Source of the DNA: Syntrophales bacterium
GTDB lineage: Bacteria > Desulfobacterota > Syntrophia > Syntrophales > UBA8958
NCBI GenBank assembly: GCA_026417625.1
Contig: JAOACW010000005.1
Location: 64,456-128,455 of the forward strand
Length of the DNA: 64,000 bases
Direction of reading: 5' to 3'
Position numbers and translations under genes: made by a program. This document shows, piece by piece, positions 30,781 through 41,769 of the stretch; within the stretch, counting starts at the first letter, position 1; the number at the start of each line of letters is the position of its first letter. The notes beneath the pieces were generated by a model. The model did not search any database. It saw only the letters and a program-made list of their open reading frames with translations, and had not been told where the DNA came from.

Positions 30781-30812
30781 TCAATTCGTTCTTCCTCCGT
30801 CATTTGTTTTTT

Positions 30813-31070
30813 TCAGCGAACAGGATCGAATCCACCGGGGTGATAGGGGTGGCATTTCAAAATCCTCTTTATGGCCAGTAGCCCACCCTTCCAGGTCCCG
30901 TATCGGTGGATTGCCTCCAATGCATAATCTGAGCATGAGGGTATAAAACGACAGCTGGGGGGTATAAGGGGTGAAATAAAGTTCTGGTACAGGCGAATAC
31001 CTGAGATAAAGAACCTCTTAGTGTTGAGAGTCTTTCTGCAATAAAGATTTAAGTTCATCATAGACATCAC
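30813..31070 (-). CDS. yidD: Membrane protein insertion efficiency factor YidD
   Basis: YQ..ISP....CRF.PSCS.YA..A....G signature. Overlaps the rnpA 3' end. Confidence 0.85.
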   Translation of the reverse strand: MMSMMNLNLYCRKTLNTKRFFISGIRLYQNFISPLIPPSCRFIPSCSDYALEAIHRYGTWKGGLLAIKRILKCHPYHPGGFDPVR

Positions 31071-31365
31071 GGTACGTTAAATTGGGTACCGTTGGCTTCA
31101 CTTTTATAACTATATCTCTTCCCGCGAGGATGTCCTTTTTATTCAACCGGAAAAACTCGCGAATAAGTCGTTTTATCCTGTTCCTTCTGACTGCTTTACC
31201 AACTTTTTTGCTTGTTATGATTCCCAATCGTCTCAAACCCATCTGATTATCACATACGTACCACAAAAAATGTGTTGATGATCCCCTTATACCCTCCTTA
31301 AGAACCCTCAAAAAATCCTTTCTTTTCTTTATCCTTTCTTCCTTTCGAAAAGTGAACTCATTCAT
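31018..31365 (-). CDS. rnpA: Ribonuclease P protein component
   Basis: Basic protein of about 115 aa with the RNR-like motif ([14 protein letters not shown]), downstream of rpmH. Confidence 0.85.
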   Translation of the reverse strand: MNEFTFRKEERIKKRKDFLRVLKEGIRGSSTHFLWYVCDNQMGLRRLGIITSKKVGKAVRRNRIKRLIREFFRLNKKDILAGRDIVIKVKPTVPNLTYRDVYDELKSLLQKDSQH

Positions 31366-31394
31366 CCTGTAGGGGTTGTTTACCCTCCCTACGA

Positions 31395-31532
31395 TTAGAC
31401 AGTCAGGCGTTTTCTACCTTTTGCACGCCTCCTGCTCAAAACCCTTCTTCCCCCTTTGGTGGACATTCGCACCAAAAACCCATGTGTTCTTTTTCTTTTT
31501 AGATTGCTAACTGGCTTAATCGTTTTCTTCAT
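31395..31532 (-). CDS. rpmH: 50S ribosomal protein L34 (absent from the ORF track, under 60 aa)
   Basis: The reverse strand translates to [45 protein letters not shown], the canonical L34 sequence. Confidence 0.9.
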   Translation of the reverse strand: MKKTIKPVSNLKRKRTHGFLVRMSTKGGRRVLSRRRAKGRKRLTV

Positions 31533-31672
31533 TTTTCATTCATCCGTCTGCAGAGATTTTTGTTCAAAAAGTAGCAGCAACTATTAGCAATAGCCCCCTC
31601 TTTTTGTCAAGAACGAATAAAGTAGAACCCAAAGACGTTGTATAATGTTTAAAAAACTGGCAAAATAATCCC

Positions 31673-33679
31673 ATGTTTAAGCTTAAAACTGACCTCAAAC
31701 CTCAGGGAGATCAACCCAAGGCTATATCTTTGTTAGTAGAGGGTATAAAAAAGGGGTTACCCCATCAGGTTTTGTTGGGGGTAACCGGTTCAGGAAAAAC
31801 GTTCACCATTGCCCATGTCATTGCGGCGGTGCAGAGACCTGCCTTAATTATAGCACATAACAAAACCCTTGCGGCGCAACTTTACGGTGAGTTCAAAATG
31901 CTCTTCCCGGAGAATGCGGTTGAGTATTTCGTGAGTTACTACGATTACTACCAACCCGAGGCGTACATCCCTGCAACGGATACGTATATAGAGAAGGATT
32001 CATCTATAAACGACGATATAGACAAACTTCGGCATTCTACCACAAGGTCCCTCTTTGAAAGACGGGATGTTATTGTGGTGGCAAGCGTGTCCTGCATTTA
32101 TGGAATTGGGGCACCTGAGGACTATTCAGGTATGCATATAGATCTCAAAGAAGGGATGGAAATAACCCGTGATGAATTGCTTCGTCATTTGGTGGGTATT
32201 CTTTACGAAAGGAACGATGTTGATTTTCACCGTGGTACATTTCGTGTCCGTGGCGATGTGGTTGATATTTACCCTCCATATGAAGAGGACCGGGCAGTCC
32301 GTATAGAGTTCTTTGGAGATGTGATTGATGCCATTACACTCATCGATCCTCTTCGGGGGAAAAAAATCGGAAGGCTTGAGGAGATTTCAATATATCCGGG
32401 GAGTCATTACGTAACGCCCGAAGATAACCTTAAAAGAGCTGTATCTTCCATACGAGAGGAGTTGCGTCAGCGGCTTCAGGAGCTGAGAGCTATGGGGAAG
32501 CTTTTAGAAGCTCAACGTTTGGAACAAAGAACACTTTTCGATCTCGAAATGCTAGAAGAAATGGGCTACTGCAAGGGCATTGAGAATTACTCCAGACATC
32601 TTACGGGTCGTCGTTCTGGAGAACCACCACCTACGCTGCTCGATTATTTGCCAAAGGATGCCCTGATAATAATCGATGAAAGCCACGTTACGATTCCGCA
32701 GCTTATGGGTATGTATCGGGGGGATAGATCGAGAAAAGAAACTTTGGTTGAATACGGTTTTCGTTTGCCTTCGGCTTTGGATAATCGTCCTCTTAAGTTC
32801 GAAGAGTTTGAAGCCTATCCTCAACAACGCCTCTATGTGTCTGCGACACCTGCAGAATACGAGCTAGGAAAAGCGAATGGAGCTGTTGTTGAACAGATTA
32901 TAAGACCAACAGGACTAATGGACCCTGAGATAATAGTTAGGAATGCAAAAGGACAGGTGGATGATCTATTGGGTGAGATTAGAAAGCGTACGGAAAAGGG
33001 TGAGCGTGTGCTTGTTACTACACTTACGAAGCGAATGGCGGAGAAGCTGACCCAGTACTACGTTGATCTTGGAATCAAAGCTCGTTACCTCCATGCGGAC
33101 GTAGGCACACTTGAGCGAGTTCAAATAATCCGTGATCTAAGAATAGGTAGGTTTGATGTTCTGATCGGCGTAAACTTACTCAGAGAAGGGTTGGATATTC
33201 CCGAGGTATCGTTAGTGGCTGTGCTGGATGCTGATCGTGAGGGATTTCTCCGATCCGAGCGTGCCTTGATGCAGGTAAGTGGAAGGGCTGCTCGAAATGT
33301 AAATGGGACGGTTATAATGTATGCAGATGAAGTAACGCTCTCAATGCAGGCGTGTATCAATGAGGTTAAAAGGCGGAGGCGTTTGCAGGCAGATTATAAT
33401 AGGAAACACGGCATAACTCCTGAATCTATAAAAAAGGAAATAAATTCCGTGTTAACTTCGATTTTTGAGGCAGATTATGTTACAGTTCCTACGGTTCGTG
33501 AGGCAGCACAGGAGTATTCTTCAGTTGATGAATTACCGTGTGTAATAAGAAAACTCAAGGAGGAAATGAGGGAGGCTTCGAGAAAACTGGAATTTGAGCG
33601 TGCTGCTGCTCTTAGGGACCGAATTAGGGAGCTTACAAAAATACTTGTGGAGTTCGGTGAAGAGGTAGAAGTAATTTGA
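31673..33679 (+). CDS. uvrB: Excinuclease ABC subunit B
   Basis: Walker A GVTGSGKT, helicase motifs and the C-terminal UVR domain ([14 protein letters not shown]). Confidence 0.97.
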   Translation: MFKLKTDLKPQGDQPKAISLLVEGIKKGLPHQVLLGVTGSGKTFTIAHVIAAVQRPALIIAHNKTLAAQLYGEFKMLFPENAVEYFVSYYDYYQPEAYIPATDTYIEKDSSINDDIDKLRHSTTRSLFERRDVIVVASVSCIYGIGAPEDYSGMHIDLKEGMEITRDELLRHLVGILYERNDVDFHRGTFRVRGDVVDIYPPYEEDRAVRIEFFGDVIDAITLIDPLRGKKIGRLEEISIYPGSHYVTPEDNLKRAVSSIREELRQRLQELRAMGKLLEAQRLEQRTLFDLEMLEEMGYCKGIENYSRHLTGRRSGEPPPTLLDYLPKDALIIIDESHVTIPQLMGMYRGDRSRKETLVEYGFRLPSALDNRPLKFEEFEAYPQQRLYVSATPAEYELGKANGAVVEQIIRPTGLMDPEIIVRNAKGQVDDLLGEIRKRTEKGERVLVTTLTKRMAEKLTQYYVDLGIKARYLHADVGTLERVQIIRDLRIGRFDVLIGVNLLREGLDIPEVSLVAVLDADREGFLRSERALMQVSGRAARNVNGTVIMYADEVTLSMQACINEVKRRRRLQADYNRKHGITPESIKKEINSVLTSIFEADYVTVPTVREAAQEYSSVDELPCVIRKLKEEMREASRKLEFERAAALRDRIRELTKILVEFGEEVEVI

Positions 33680-35535
33680 TGAAGTCCGTTAATAAAGGTC
33701 ATGCAGTGATCGAAAGGTTAATCGTAGCTGTTCCCAATAGCCCCGGCGTGTATATAATGAAGGATGGTGACGGTAACTATATATACGTTGGTAAAGGGAA
33801 AGATTTGAAAGCTCGTCTGAGGTCTTACCTAGGAAATGACGACCGTTTTATGATTCCTTATCTTCTTTCCAAAGTTCAGGATGTGGAAATAATTGTGACC
33901 GAAACGGAAAAAGAGGCTCTCATATTGGAGAACAATCTAATAAAGGAATACCGTCCTCGATATAACATCTATTTTCGTGACGATAAATCCTATTTTCATA
34001 TCCGTGTAGACCTTAGAGAGACCTACCCGCGGTTCACCCTTTACCGGCGTCCAAAACAGGATGGTGCCCTGTACTTTGGTCCGTATCCTTCAGGGGCGTC
34101 AGCCCGGGAAACACTTGATATCCTTCAATCTGCTTTTCATTTTCGCACTTGTTCAGATAAAGTTCTAAAAAGAAATCGACCATGCATAGAGTTTCAAATA
34201 GGGAGATGTATGGCCCCCTGTGTGGGTTGCGTGGATGAAGGAAATTATCGGAAGGCTGTATTGGATGCTATTGCTCTTCTCGAAGGCCGCGAAAAGAAAT
34301 TACTGGTGGAGCTTGAGAGAAAAATGATGGCTTTTGCAGAGAAGGAAATGTTCGAGGAAGCAGCGATTATCAGAGATAAACTTCTAGCTCTCAACCGTGT
34401 TATCGAAAAGCAGAAAATAACCTCCAACGTTTACCGGAACCAGGATGTTTATGGTCTGTATTACGAAGAAGGTGCAGCGCAGATATGTATTCTTAGGGTT
34501 AAAGAAGGTAAAATTATTGGCCAGGAATCACCCCCGCTAATTAGGCCGGTAATCCATCCTTCGGAGGTTCTTTCAGCGGTTATTCAACAACGTTACGATA
34601 GAAGTACGTTTATACCAGATGAAATTATCCTGCCTGAGGACATAGAACAGAGGACCCTATTATCTGATTGGTTGAGTGAAAAGAAGGGGAAAAGGGTCAA
34701 TATAAAGGTGCCCAAGAAAGGGAAAAATAAGAATCTTGTGGAGATGGCCAGGAGAAACGCCGAAAATCTGTTTAAACTCCATCTCACAAGTGAAGAAAAT
34801 CCAGCGGATATATTAAAACTAATGGCAAGAGTCCTGAAATTGAAAGAAGTACCTCAGCGCATTGAGTGTTTTGACATATCCAATATGGGTGGTCGGTATG
34901 CTGTTGGGTCTCGGGTCCTATTCCGAGATGGCATGCTAGACAAGTCTTTGTACAGGCGTTACCGGATAAGGCTCCCTTCAGGTTTTGATGATTACGCCAT
35001 GATGTCTGAGGTACTGAAACGGCGTTTTGCGGAAGACGAGACACCTCCGGATTTAGTTATCGTTGATGGAGGAAAAGGACACCTTTCCGTTACCCGTATG
35101 GTTCTTGACGAGATGGGACATTTTCAAGTGGAGGCTGTTGCAATTACGAAGGGTGAGTCTAGACGCAGAAGAAAGCGAGATAGAAATGCGGAGACGACGG
35201 TTGGTGCCGATCTTTTATACGTTCATCGTCGTAAAGAACCGATAATTTTAAAGAAATATCCTCAACTCAACCGTTTTTTACAGCGTATAAGAAACGAAGC
35301 ACATAGATTTGCCATTAATTATCACAGACGTTTGCGCGACAAAGAGGGTCTGGAGTCGTCTCTCGTTAAAATTCCAGGGATTGGCCATAAGCGGAGCAGA
35401 GAAATCCTCAGGGCTTTTTGTGGTTTGGAAGAACTCAAGACGGCCACCTCAGAGGAACTTCAGCGGATATCCGGCGTAGGAAAAAAGACAGCCCAGATAA
35501 TTCTTGATTATCTGAATAAAAAAGGTGCGGAGTGA
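33676..35535 (+). CDS. uvrC: Excinuclease ABC subunit C
   Basis: GIY-YIG N-domain ([15 protein letters not shown]), UVR domain, endonuclease domain and C-terminal (HhH)2. 4-nt overlap with uvrB. Confidence 0.95.
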   Translation: MMKSVNKGHAVIERLIVAVPNSPGVYIMKDGDGNYIYVGKGKDLKARLRSYLGNDDRFMIPYLLSKVQDVEIIVTETEKEALILENNLIKEYRPRYNIYFRDDKSYFHIRVDLRETYPRFTLYRRPKQDGALYFGPYPSGASARETLDILQSAFHFRTCSDKVLKRNRPCIEFQIGRCMAPCVGCVDEGNYRKAVLDAIALLEGREKKLLVELERKMMAFAEKEMFEEAAIIRDKLLALNRVIEKQKITSNVYRNQDVYGLYYEEGAAQICILRVKEGKIIGQESPPLIRPVIHPSEVLSAVIQQRYDRSTFIPDEIILPEDIEQRTLLSDWLSEKKGKRVNIKVPKKGKNKNLVEMARRNAENLFKLHLTSEENPADILKLMARVLKLKEVPQRIECFDISNMGGRYAVGSRVLFRDGMLDKSLYRRYRIRLPSGFDDYAMMSEVLKRRFAEDETPPDLVIVDGGKGHLSVTRMVLDEMGHFQVEAVAITKGESRRRRKRDRNAETTVGADLLYVHRRKEPIILKKYPQLNRFLQRIRNEAHRFAINYHRRLRDKEGLESSLVKIPGIGHKRSREILRAFCGLEELKTATSEELQRISGVGKKTAQIILDYLNKKGAE

Positions 35536-36092
35536 ACTTTTCAACATTATTTGTCATTGCCTTCAGCTTGGGAATGGATGCATTTTCAGTTGCCTTTGGG
35601 GTAGGAGCTATAAAAAACAAGGAACTGTTAATGTCCACTTTACGGATCTCTGTTTCTTTTGGAATGTTTCAGTTTGCGATGCCTATTCTGGGATGGTCTG
35701 GAGGGAAACTCATCACCGATCTAATAGGAGGATTTGATCACTGGATTGCCTTTGGTCTTTTGACTTACGTGGGATTCAGAATGATAAGAGAAGGTATGGC
35801 ATCAAATGAGGATGAGAAGTGGATGTATAATGATCCAACTAAAGGTTTTACCTTGTTTCTCCTTTCGATTGCCACGAGCATTGATGCTTTTGCAGTGGGT
35901 TTGAGCTTTGCTTTTTTGAAGGTTGAGATACTTTATTCCAGCATAGTTATAGGTGTTATGTGTTCGATCATGACTGCTTCGGGGATGCTCATAGGTTCAA
36001 GATTGGGCAATATTATGGGTAAAAGAGCGGCAATTGTAGGAGGGGTTGTTCTCGTTTTGGTTGGTTTGAAGATTCTGATGGAACATTTTTAA
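35532..36092 (+). CDS. mntP: Manganese efflux pump MntP (DUF204)
   Basis: Duplicated SLGMDAFSVA / SIDAFAVG motifs across six TM segments. Confidence 0.85.
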   Translation: MNFSTLFVIAFSLGMDAFSVAFGVGAIKNKELLMSTLRISVSFGMFQFAMPILGWSGGKLITDLIGGFDHWIAFGLLTYVGFRMIREGMASNEDEKWMYNDPTKGFTLFLLSIATSIDAFAVGLSFAFLKVEILYSSIVIGVMCSIMTASGMLIGSRLGNIMGKRAAIVGGVVLVLVGLKILMEHF

Positions 36093-36097
36093 AAGTG

Positions 36098-37252
36098 TTA
36101 GAATTTCCCCGTTTTCCCAGCAACCACCATGTTGTCACGATGAATGATCTCATCGTAATCTTTGTGCCCTAGGACTTGTTCTATCTTAGAAGTCTGGAGA
36201 CCCATTATTTTGCGGCATTCGTCCGCTGTATAATTCACTAATCCTTTCGCAATTATCCTTCCCTCCCTGTCGACACACAGCACTGGATCTCCTACCCGGA
36301 AATCACCTTCTACGCCCACAACGCCGGAAGGCAGAAGGCTTTTCCCTTCCTCAACGATCGCTTTTTTCGCTCCTTCATCCACGTATATCTTTCCTCTGGA
36401 TCGCAGAGTGTACGCTATCCAGTACTTACGACTGTTTAAAGGTTTTTCTTCTGGAAGGAAAAGGGTTCCCCTCTCCTTACCGGCGAAGAGTTCTCTCAGG
36501 ATTCCCGGTTCCTTTCCCGGTGCTATAACGTAGGGTATACCGAATGCTGTGACTTTCTTTGCGGCTATGATTTTGCTTTTCATCCCACCTGTTCCTACAT
36601 CTGAGACCTCTGGAGTAGCGGCTTCTTCAATGTCCTCTGAAATTTCTTTAACGAGATGAATGATTCTTGCTTTTTTCGAATGGGCTGGATTACGATCGTA
36701 TAACCCTTCTGTATTCGTAAGATTTATCAAAATGTGTGCCTCAACAATATTAGCTATCATCGCTGCCAGTTGATCATTGTCACCAAATTTTATTTCATCC
36801 GTTGCCACTGGATCGTTTTCATTTATAATGGGCACCACACCCCAATCGAGGAGTGTAAAGAGAGTATTTCTAATATTTAAGAAACGGCGGCGGTCCATTA
36901 AGTCCCCCATCGTGAGAAGTATCTGAGCTACGTACACTCCGTGTTTGCTAAAGGCGTTAGAATACACCCGCATAAGTCTACTCTGCCCAATGGCTGCAGC
37001 AGCTTGCTTTTGGGGCATGCTCTTTAACACGCCCACAATCCCCATGCGGTGTTTACCTGAGGCTATGGCACCCGAGGTAACGATGACTATCTGGCAACCC
37101 CTTTTCCGCAGAGCCACCATATCGTCCACAAGATGTTCTATGATATCCAGGTCTAAACCATTCGCACCTGTTAACACCGCGCTTCCTATTTTGACGAGGA
37201 CCCTTTTTACGTTTGCGAATATGTCCTTCCTTGAAGGAATGTTGTTACTCAT
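36098..37252 (-). CDS. proB: Glutamate 5-kinase (with C-terminal PUA domain)
   Basis: AAK-family motifs (VKIGSAVLT, VTSGAIA, GDND.LAA) and a PUA tail. Confidence 0.95.
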   Translation of the reverse strand: MSNNIPSRKDIFANVKRVLVKIGSAVLTGANGLDLDIIEHLVDDMVALRKRGCQIVIVTSGAIASGKHRMGIVGVLKSMPQKQAAAAIGQSRLMRVYSNAFSKHGVYVAQILLTMGDLMDRRRFLNIRNTLFTLLDWGVVPIINENDPVATDEIKFGDNDQLAAMIANIVEAHILINLTNTEGLYDRNPAHSKKARIIHLVKEISEDIEEAATPEVSDVGTGGMKSKIIAAKKVTAFGIPYVIAPGKEPGILRELFAGKERGTLFLPEEKPLNSRKYWIAYTLRSRGKIYVDEGAKKAIVEEGKSLLPSGVVGVEGDFRVGDPVLCVDREGRIIAKGLVNYTADECRKIMGLQTSKIEQVLGHKDYDEIIHRDNMVVAGKTGKF

Positions 37253-38270
37253 ATCTTCTCCTCTGTGACTTTAATTCCTTAAATTTGGAAAGTATCTCTC
37301 TCAATACCAGGTCCACACCTTCTCCGGTGATCGCAGAGAAAGGGAAGACTCTAATACCTTCTTTACCAAAAAAATCAATTACAGCCGGAAGCTTATCTTT
37401 CGTTTCCGGAATATCTATCTTACCAATACCTACTACTTGCGGTTTTTTCGCTAGGTTCTCATCATATAGGGAAAGTTCTTTGTTCAGAATTTTATAATTA
37501 TTCCATGCAGCTTCCTTCGTTATTTGAGATATGTCGATTATGTGGAACAGAATACTTGTTCTTTCTATGTGACGAAGGAACCTAACTCCCATTCCCACTC
37601 CGTTATGTGCTCCCTCGAGGATACCTGGTATATCTGCGAATACAAGATCATCTTCGTCATTGAAAGAAACTACCCCTAAATGAGGGGCAAGTGTCGTAAA
37701 GGGATAGTCGGCGATTTTAGGCCTAGCTGCTGAGATTCTGGAAAGGAAAGTGGATTTACCAACGTTAGGCAAACCCACGATACCAACGTCAGCTATTAAT
37801 TTTAACTCTAAGATGAGATCCTTTTCCTCACCAGGTAACCCTGGCTGCGCATAACGGGGAGCCTTGTCTACTGGAGTTGCGAATCGGGCATTTCCCTTGC
37901 CACCTAAACCACCTTTAGCCACTATTACAGTTTGGCCATCTTCGGTTAGGTCGGCAATAATCTCACCCGTTGACGCATCTCTGACTATCGTTCCTAAAGG
38001 AACGTTTATGACCAGGTCTTCGCCATTGGCCCCAGTTCGCTTGTTTCCCTCACCGTGACCTCCATTTTTGGCAGTGAAATGTTGACGGTATTTGAAGTCC
38101 AGAAGTGTATGTTTCGCAGAAGTAGCCCGTATAATAACATCGCCTCCTTTTCCTCCATCGCCACCATCTGGACCTCCCCGGGGAATGTATTTTTCCCGCC
38201 TGAAACTCACACATCCGCGGCCACCGTTTCCAGCTTTTACTTTTATTTTAGCTTCGTCAATGAACCTCAT
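37245..38270 (-). CDS. obgE: GTPase Obg/CgtA
   Basis: Obg fold (MRFIDEAKIKVKAGNGGRGCVSFRREK...) and G-domain (GLPNVGKST, DIPG). ATG at 38270 gives the canonical N-terminus. The track's GTG at 38282 lies inside a hairpin. Confidence 0.95.
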   Translation of the reverse strand: MRFIDEAKIKVKAGNGGRGCVSFRREKYIPRGGPDGGDGGKGGDVIIRATSAKHTLLDFKYRQHFTAKNGGHGEGNKRTGANGEDLVINVPLGTIVRDASTGEIIADLTEDGQTVIVAKGGLGGKGNARFATPVDKAPRYAQPGLPGEEKDLILELKLIADVGIVGLPNVGKSTFLSRISAARPKIADYPFTTLAPHLGVVSFNDEDDLVFADIPGILEGAHNGVGMGVRFLRHIERTSILFHIIDISQITKEAAWNNYKILNKELSLYDENLAKKPQVVGIGKIDIPETKDKLPAVIDFFGKEGIRVFPFSAITGEGVDLVLREILSKFKELKSQRRRYE

Positions 38271-38301
38271 AAAAAAAGGCACTTACACAGCTTTAAGTGC
38301 C
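38271..38301 (-). terminator. Rho-independent terminator-like hairpin between csp and obg
   Basis: On the minus strand GGCACTTA-N8-TAAGTGCC is followed by T7 (plus-strand A7 at 38271-38277), directly abutting the obg ATG. Confidence 0.5.
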
Positions 38302-38384
38302 TTCCCTTTCCTCACAGACCCTCTAGAACCCTGCAGATTGGTGTAAGTGAAGAAAATAATGCAACGTATTTTCTTTTTTTTGAG

Positions 38385-38594
38385 TTAAATCTTCTTAACT
38401 TCTACAGCTGATTCCCCCCTCTGATCTTTCTTCACGGAAAACTCCACCCGATCACCTTCCTTCAAAGTACGAAAACCCTCAGCAATAATTGCGGTGTGGT
38501 GCACAAAAAGATCTTTTCCAGATTTCCGAGTGATAAAACCGTAACCTTTTTTGTCATTGAACCATTTAACAATACCCTGTTCTCTTTCTGCCAT
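38385..38594 (-). CDS. Cold-shock protein (CspA family)
   Basis: RNP motifs KGYGFI and VFVHH (GIVKWFNDKKGYGFITRKSGKDLFVHHTAI). ATG at 38594 follows AAGGAGG and avoids overlap with rpmA. Confidence 0.9.
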   Translation of the reverse strand: MAEREQGIVKWFNDKKGYGFITRKSGKDLFVHHTAIIAEGFRTLKEGDRVEFSVKKDQRGESAVEVKKI

Positions 38595-38628
38595 AAAAGC
38601 CAGAGCCTCCTTAAAAATTTGGGTAAAC

Positions 38629-38886
38629 TTACGCTTCAGCGTAAACACTAACCTTTTTTCTATTTTTATCCAATCTCTCGTACTTTACAATGCCGTCTAT
38701 TAGTGCATAGAGTGTAAAGTCTTTACCCATACCCACGTTACGGCCTGGATGTATCTTAGTTCCCAACTGACGTACCAGGATGGCTCCGGCTTTTATCCTC
38801 TGTCCACCAAAAACCTTAACCCCCCGGCGCTGGGCATTACTGTCTCTTCCGTTTCTTGAACTTCCCTGGCCTTTCTTATGTGCCAT
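38629..38886 (-). CDS. rpmA: 50S ribosomal protein L27
   Basis: [24 protein letters not shown] signature. Confidence 0.95.
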   Translation of the reverse strand: MAHKKGQGSSRNGRDSNAQRRGVKVFGGQRIKAGAILVRQLGTKIHPGRNVGMGKDFTLYALIDGIVKYERLDKNRKKVSVYAEA

Positions 38887-38904
38887 TGTTAGTTACCTCC
38901 CGGT

Positions 38905-39222
38905 TTAAGAAAGTCGGATTTCCCTGATTCTCAACTGCGTCAACCTCTGGCGATGTCCTGTTTTTTTTCGGTACCCCTTACGCCGCTTCATCTTAAACAC
39001 ATAAATTTTGGGACCTTTTATCTGGGCCACGATTTCACTGATCACTTGGGCACCACGGACGTTAGGTGTACCTATAAGATACTCAGAACCGCTTTTGACC
39101 ATGTAGATCCGGTCAAATATTACTGTATCTCCTTTTCCTCCCTCTATTTTCTCAACAGTTATAATGTCGCCTTCTGAAACCCTATACTGTTTTCCACCTG
39201 TTTCAATTACCGCGTAAGACAT
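38905..39222 (-). CDS. rplU: 50S ribosomal protein L21
   Basis: [19 protein letters not shown] signature. Upstream of rpmA. Confidence 0.95.
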   Translation of the reverse strand: MSYAVIETGGKQYRVSEGDIITVEKIEGGKGDTVIFDRIYMVKSGSEYLIGTPNVRGAQVISEIVAQIKGPKIYVFKMKRRKGYRKKTGHRQRLTQLRIREIRLS

Positions 39223-39267
39223 ATCTCCATACCTGAAAAATTTTGAATCAATAGTCTAAAGTAATTA

Positions 39268-41769
39268 TCACCCATTTGTCAATAAGAATTGTGATAAAAA
39301 AGTTTCCTCCTTAATAATTTTTGTCATTTTTGCTAAATTTAGTGGAATGTTAAGAACCTGGATCAACACATCAATGGGTCTTACTCCCCCTTCAGGGGTT
39401 AAGGCGAGCCGCATATAAACTACTTCTCTTTCTCTATCGATTAACAGTGACTCTACTAAAGGTCGAATGTTCCGCATTTTTTTACTTTCACATTTATCTG
39501 TATAACCATGTATAATTTCAAAAATTTGTGCGCCCATAAATTCTGAGACTCTGCGCTCCATATCTTCCCATTGTTCGGCTGGTATTCCCTTTGGTAGCCA
39601 ACACGAATACTGAAAACCCTTTACAATCGTTGCTGTTTTTGGGGATTTTTCTGGAACTTCCACCATTTCTACAACACTCAAACCTGCAGGCAATGCGGTG
39701 TTGATTTTAACTAGCAATTCGGGAAGGGAAATTTCGGGGGGGGAAATGCGGATATCAGCGTATTCACCGCTGCTCTGCATGCCTACGGATGTGGCTGTCG
39801 CAAAAGAGATCCGTGGATGGGGGTGGAATCCTTCTGAAAACTGAAAAATTATGCCTGCCCTGCAGAAGGCTCTACAGAGGGCTTGTGATACATCGATGTG
39901 AGAAAGAAAGCGTGCCAGACCTTCTTTTGTATATTTTATACGGAAATTCTTTATTTTTCTCGAGATTCGTTTAGGTTCATCTGTTTCCTCTTCTTCCTCT
40001 TTTTCTTTAGCCCTAGTGTTATATACCCTGAGGGATGCGCAAACCCCACATGATGTACAATCACTGAAGCGACAGTCGGGTGTCTGTTTGCCCTGATGTG
40101 CCATTTGAAGTTCGTCCAAGAGAAACTGTTTCGTAAGACCTGTGTCTATAAATTCCCAAGGAAGGTCAGTATCAATTCGTCTGGGGCCCAAGTAGGATTC
40201 CGGTTTGATACCTGCTAGTTCAATTGCTTTTTCCCATAGTGGGAAATTAAGTTGATCACCCCAGGCGTCGAACCGGCATCCTAGGTTGTACGCTTTCTCC
40301 ACAAGATCGCATAGTTTTTCATCGCCTCTGGAAAAGATACCTTCCAGAAAGCTCATCTCTGGCGAATGCCATTTCACTTTGAACCGTTTAGATCTAAGAT
40401 ATCTCTTCAGAAGATTCAATTTTTCTTTAGACTCATTAAGGGATAGTTGCCGCTCCCACTGAAATGGAGTATGGGGTTTGGGTACAAAGGTGGATATATT
40501 CACAGTGATTTCACCTTTTTTACCTATTCGCTGGGTTGCTTTAAAGGCTATGTCTGCTATTCCTTCAATGTCACTCGAGTTTTCTCCTGGCAAACCAATC
40601 ATGAAATAGAGCTTTACGGATTGCCATCCCGCATCAAAAACTCTTTCGAGTGTTTCCATCAATTCTTCCTCGGTATTACCTTTGTTGATGATCCTCCTTA
40701 AACGGTCTGATCCGGCCTCAGGGGCAAGGGTGAAGCTCGTTTTCCTAACCTTCTTTATGCTTTCAACCATGTTTCTTGTCAATGTTTCCACTCTCAGTGA
40801 AGGCAATGCGAGAGCAATTCTCCTCTCGTAAAAAAGATCCACCAGCATTGTTAAGAGCTCCTCTATCCTACTGTAATCTCCCGAGCTGAGTGAAAGCAAT
40901 GATAGCTCGTTGTACCCAGTGGCCATAATTACCTGTTCTGCCATGTTTATGAGAACGGATAGATTTCTTTCCCTTATGGGCCGCCACACCATACCTGCCT
41001 GACAGAAACGACAGCCTCTGGTGCACCCGCGGGCGATTTCGAGAACGGCCCTATCGTGGATTGTTCTAATTATGGGTACAACCGGTGAGCTAGGCTCGGC
41101 ATACACATTCAAATCAGCAATGACCCTCTTTTTGATCAGTTGAGCTCCCTTGTGAATGGAAGGGACGTATACTCCCTCTAGTTCGGAAAGGGCTTTTAGA
41201 ATGGCCGATCTAGAGAATCTCCTATCCTTTGCTTCTATTACTGTTTTTGCAATTTCCAGTATCACTTCTTCCCCTTCACCTATAACAAATGCATCCACAA
41301 AAGAGGACATAGGCATGGGATTGAAAGCACATGGTCCACCGGCAATCACTATGGGGTGCCCGTTGCGCCTATCTTCTGATCTTATGGGAATACCTCCGAG
41401 ATCAAGCATGGTGAGCACGTTTGTAAAGGAGAGCTCGTATTGGAGGGAAAATCCAATGACATCAAAGGAACTGAGGCTGGTTCCCGATTCAAGTGTATAA
41501 AGTGGTACACCCATTTTCCGGAGGTAGCGCTCCATATCAGGCCAAGGTGCGAAGACCCGTTCTGCAATGACGTCGGGTTGGTTATTGAGTAGGGCGTAAA
41601 GTATCTGAAGCCCCAAGTGTGACATTCCCACTTCATATACGTCAGGAAAAGCGAGTGCAACACGGAGCCGAATGTGCTTTGAATCTTTTTTTTTCGCATT
41701 TACTTCCCCACCGATATAGCGTCCTGGTTTATCGACAAAAGGAAGAATTTCGTTAAGGCTACACTTCAT
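39268..41769 (-). CDS. Fused B12-binding-type radical SAM protein (TIGR03960-like) plus radical-SAM-associated DUF2344 domain (TIGR03936-like)
   Basis: Radical SAM triad in ARGCTRGCRFCQAG. The N-terminal region is typical of this family (KPGRYIGGEVN). The C-terminal roughly 230 aa begin KNFRIKYTKEGLARFLSHID, which is DUF2344-like. Sits upstream of rplU-rpmA, as is often seen. Confidence 0.75.
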   Translation of the reverse strand: MKCSLNEILPFVDKPGRYIGGEVNAKKKDSKHIRLRVALAFPDVYEVGMSHLGLQILYALLNNQPDVIAERVFAPWPDMERYLRKMGVPLYTLESGTSLSSFDVIGFSLQYELSFTNVLTMLDLGGIPIRSEDRRNGHPIVIAGGPCAFNPMPMSSFVDAFVIGEGEEVILEIAKTVIEAKDRRFSRSAILKALSELEGVYVPSIHKGAQLIKKRVIADLNVYAEPSSPVVPIIRTIHDRAVLEIARGCTRGCRFCQAGMVWRPIRERNLSVLINMAEQVIMATGYNELSLLSLSSGDYSRIEELLTMLVDLFYERRIALALPSLRVETLTRNMVESIKKVRKTSFTLAPEAGSDRLRRIINKGNTEEELMETLERVFDAGWQSVKLYFMIGLPGENSSDIEGIADIAFKATQRIGKKGEITVNISTFVPKPHTPFQWERQLSLNESKEKLNLLKRYLRSKRFKVKWHSPEMSFLEGIFSRGDEKLCDLVEKAYNLGCRFDAWGDQLNFPLWEKAIELAGIKPESYLGPRRIDTDLPWEFIDTGLTKQFLLDELQMAHQGKQTPDCRFSDCTSCGVCASLRVYNTRAKEKEEEEETDEPKRISRKIKNFRIKYTKEGLARFLSHIDVSQALCRAFCRAGIIFQFSEGFHPHPRISFATATSVGMQSSGEYADIRISPPEISLPELLVKINTALPAGLSVVEMVEVPEKSPKTATIVKGFQYSCWLPKGIPAEQWEDMERRVSEFMGAQIFEIIHGYTDKCESKKMRNIRPLVESLLIDREREVVYMRLALTPEGGVRPIDVLIQVLNIPLNLAKMTKIIKEETFLSQFLLTNG

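Noticed and set aside
31395-31672. Replication origin or dnaA expected next to the rpmH-rnpA-yidD-yidC-jag-mnmE cluster.
   Set aside because: The gene upstream of rpmH is uvrB, not dnaA. The 140-bp intergenic region has no TTATCCACA-like DnaA boxes or AT-rich 13-mer array that I can see. The only near-matches to DnaA boxes in the window (around 43245 and 52845) are isolated and inside coding sequences.
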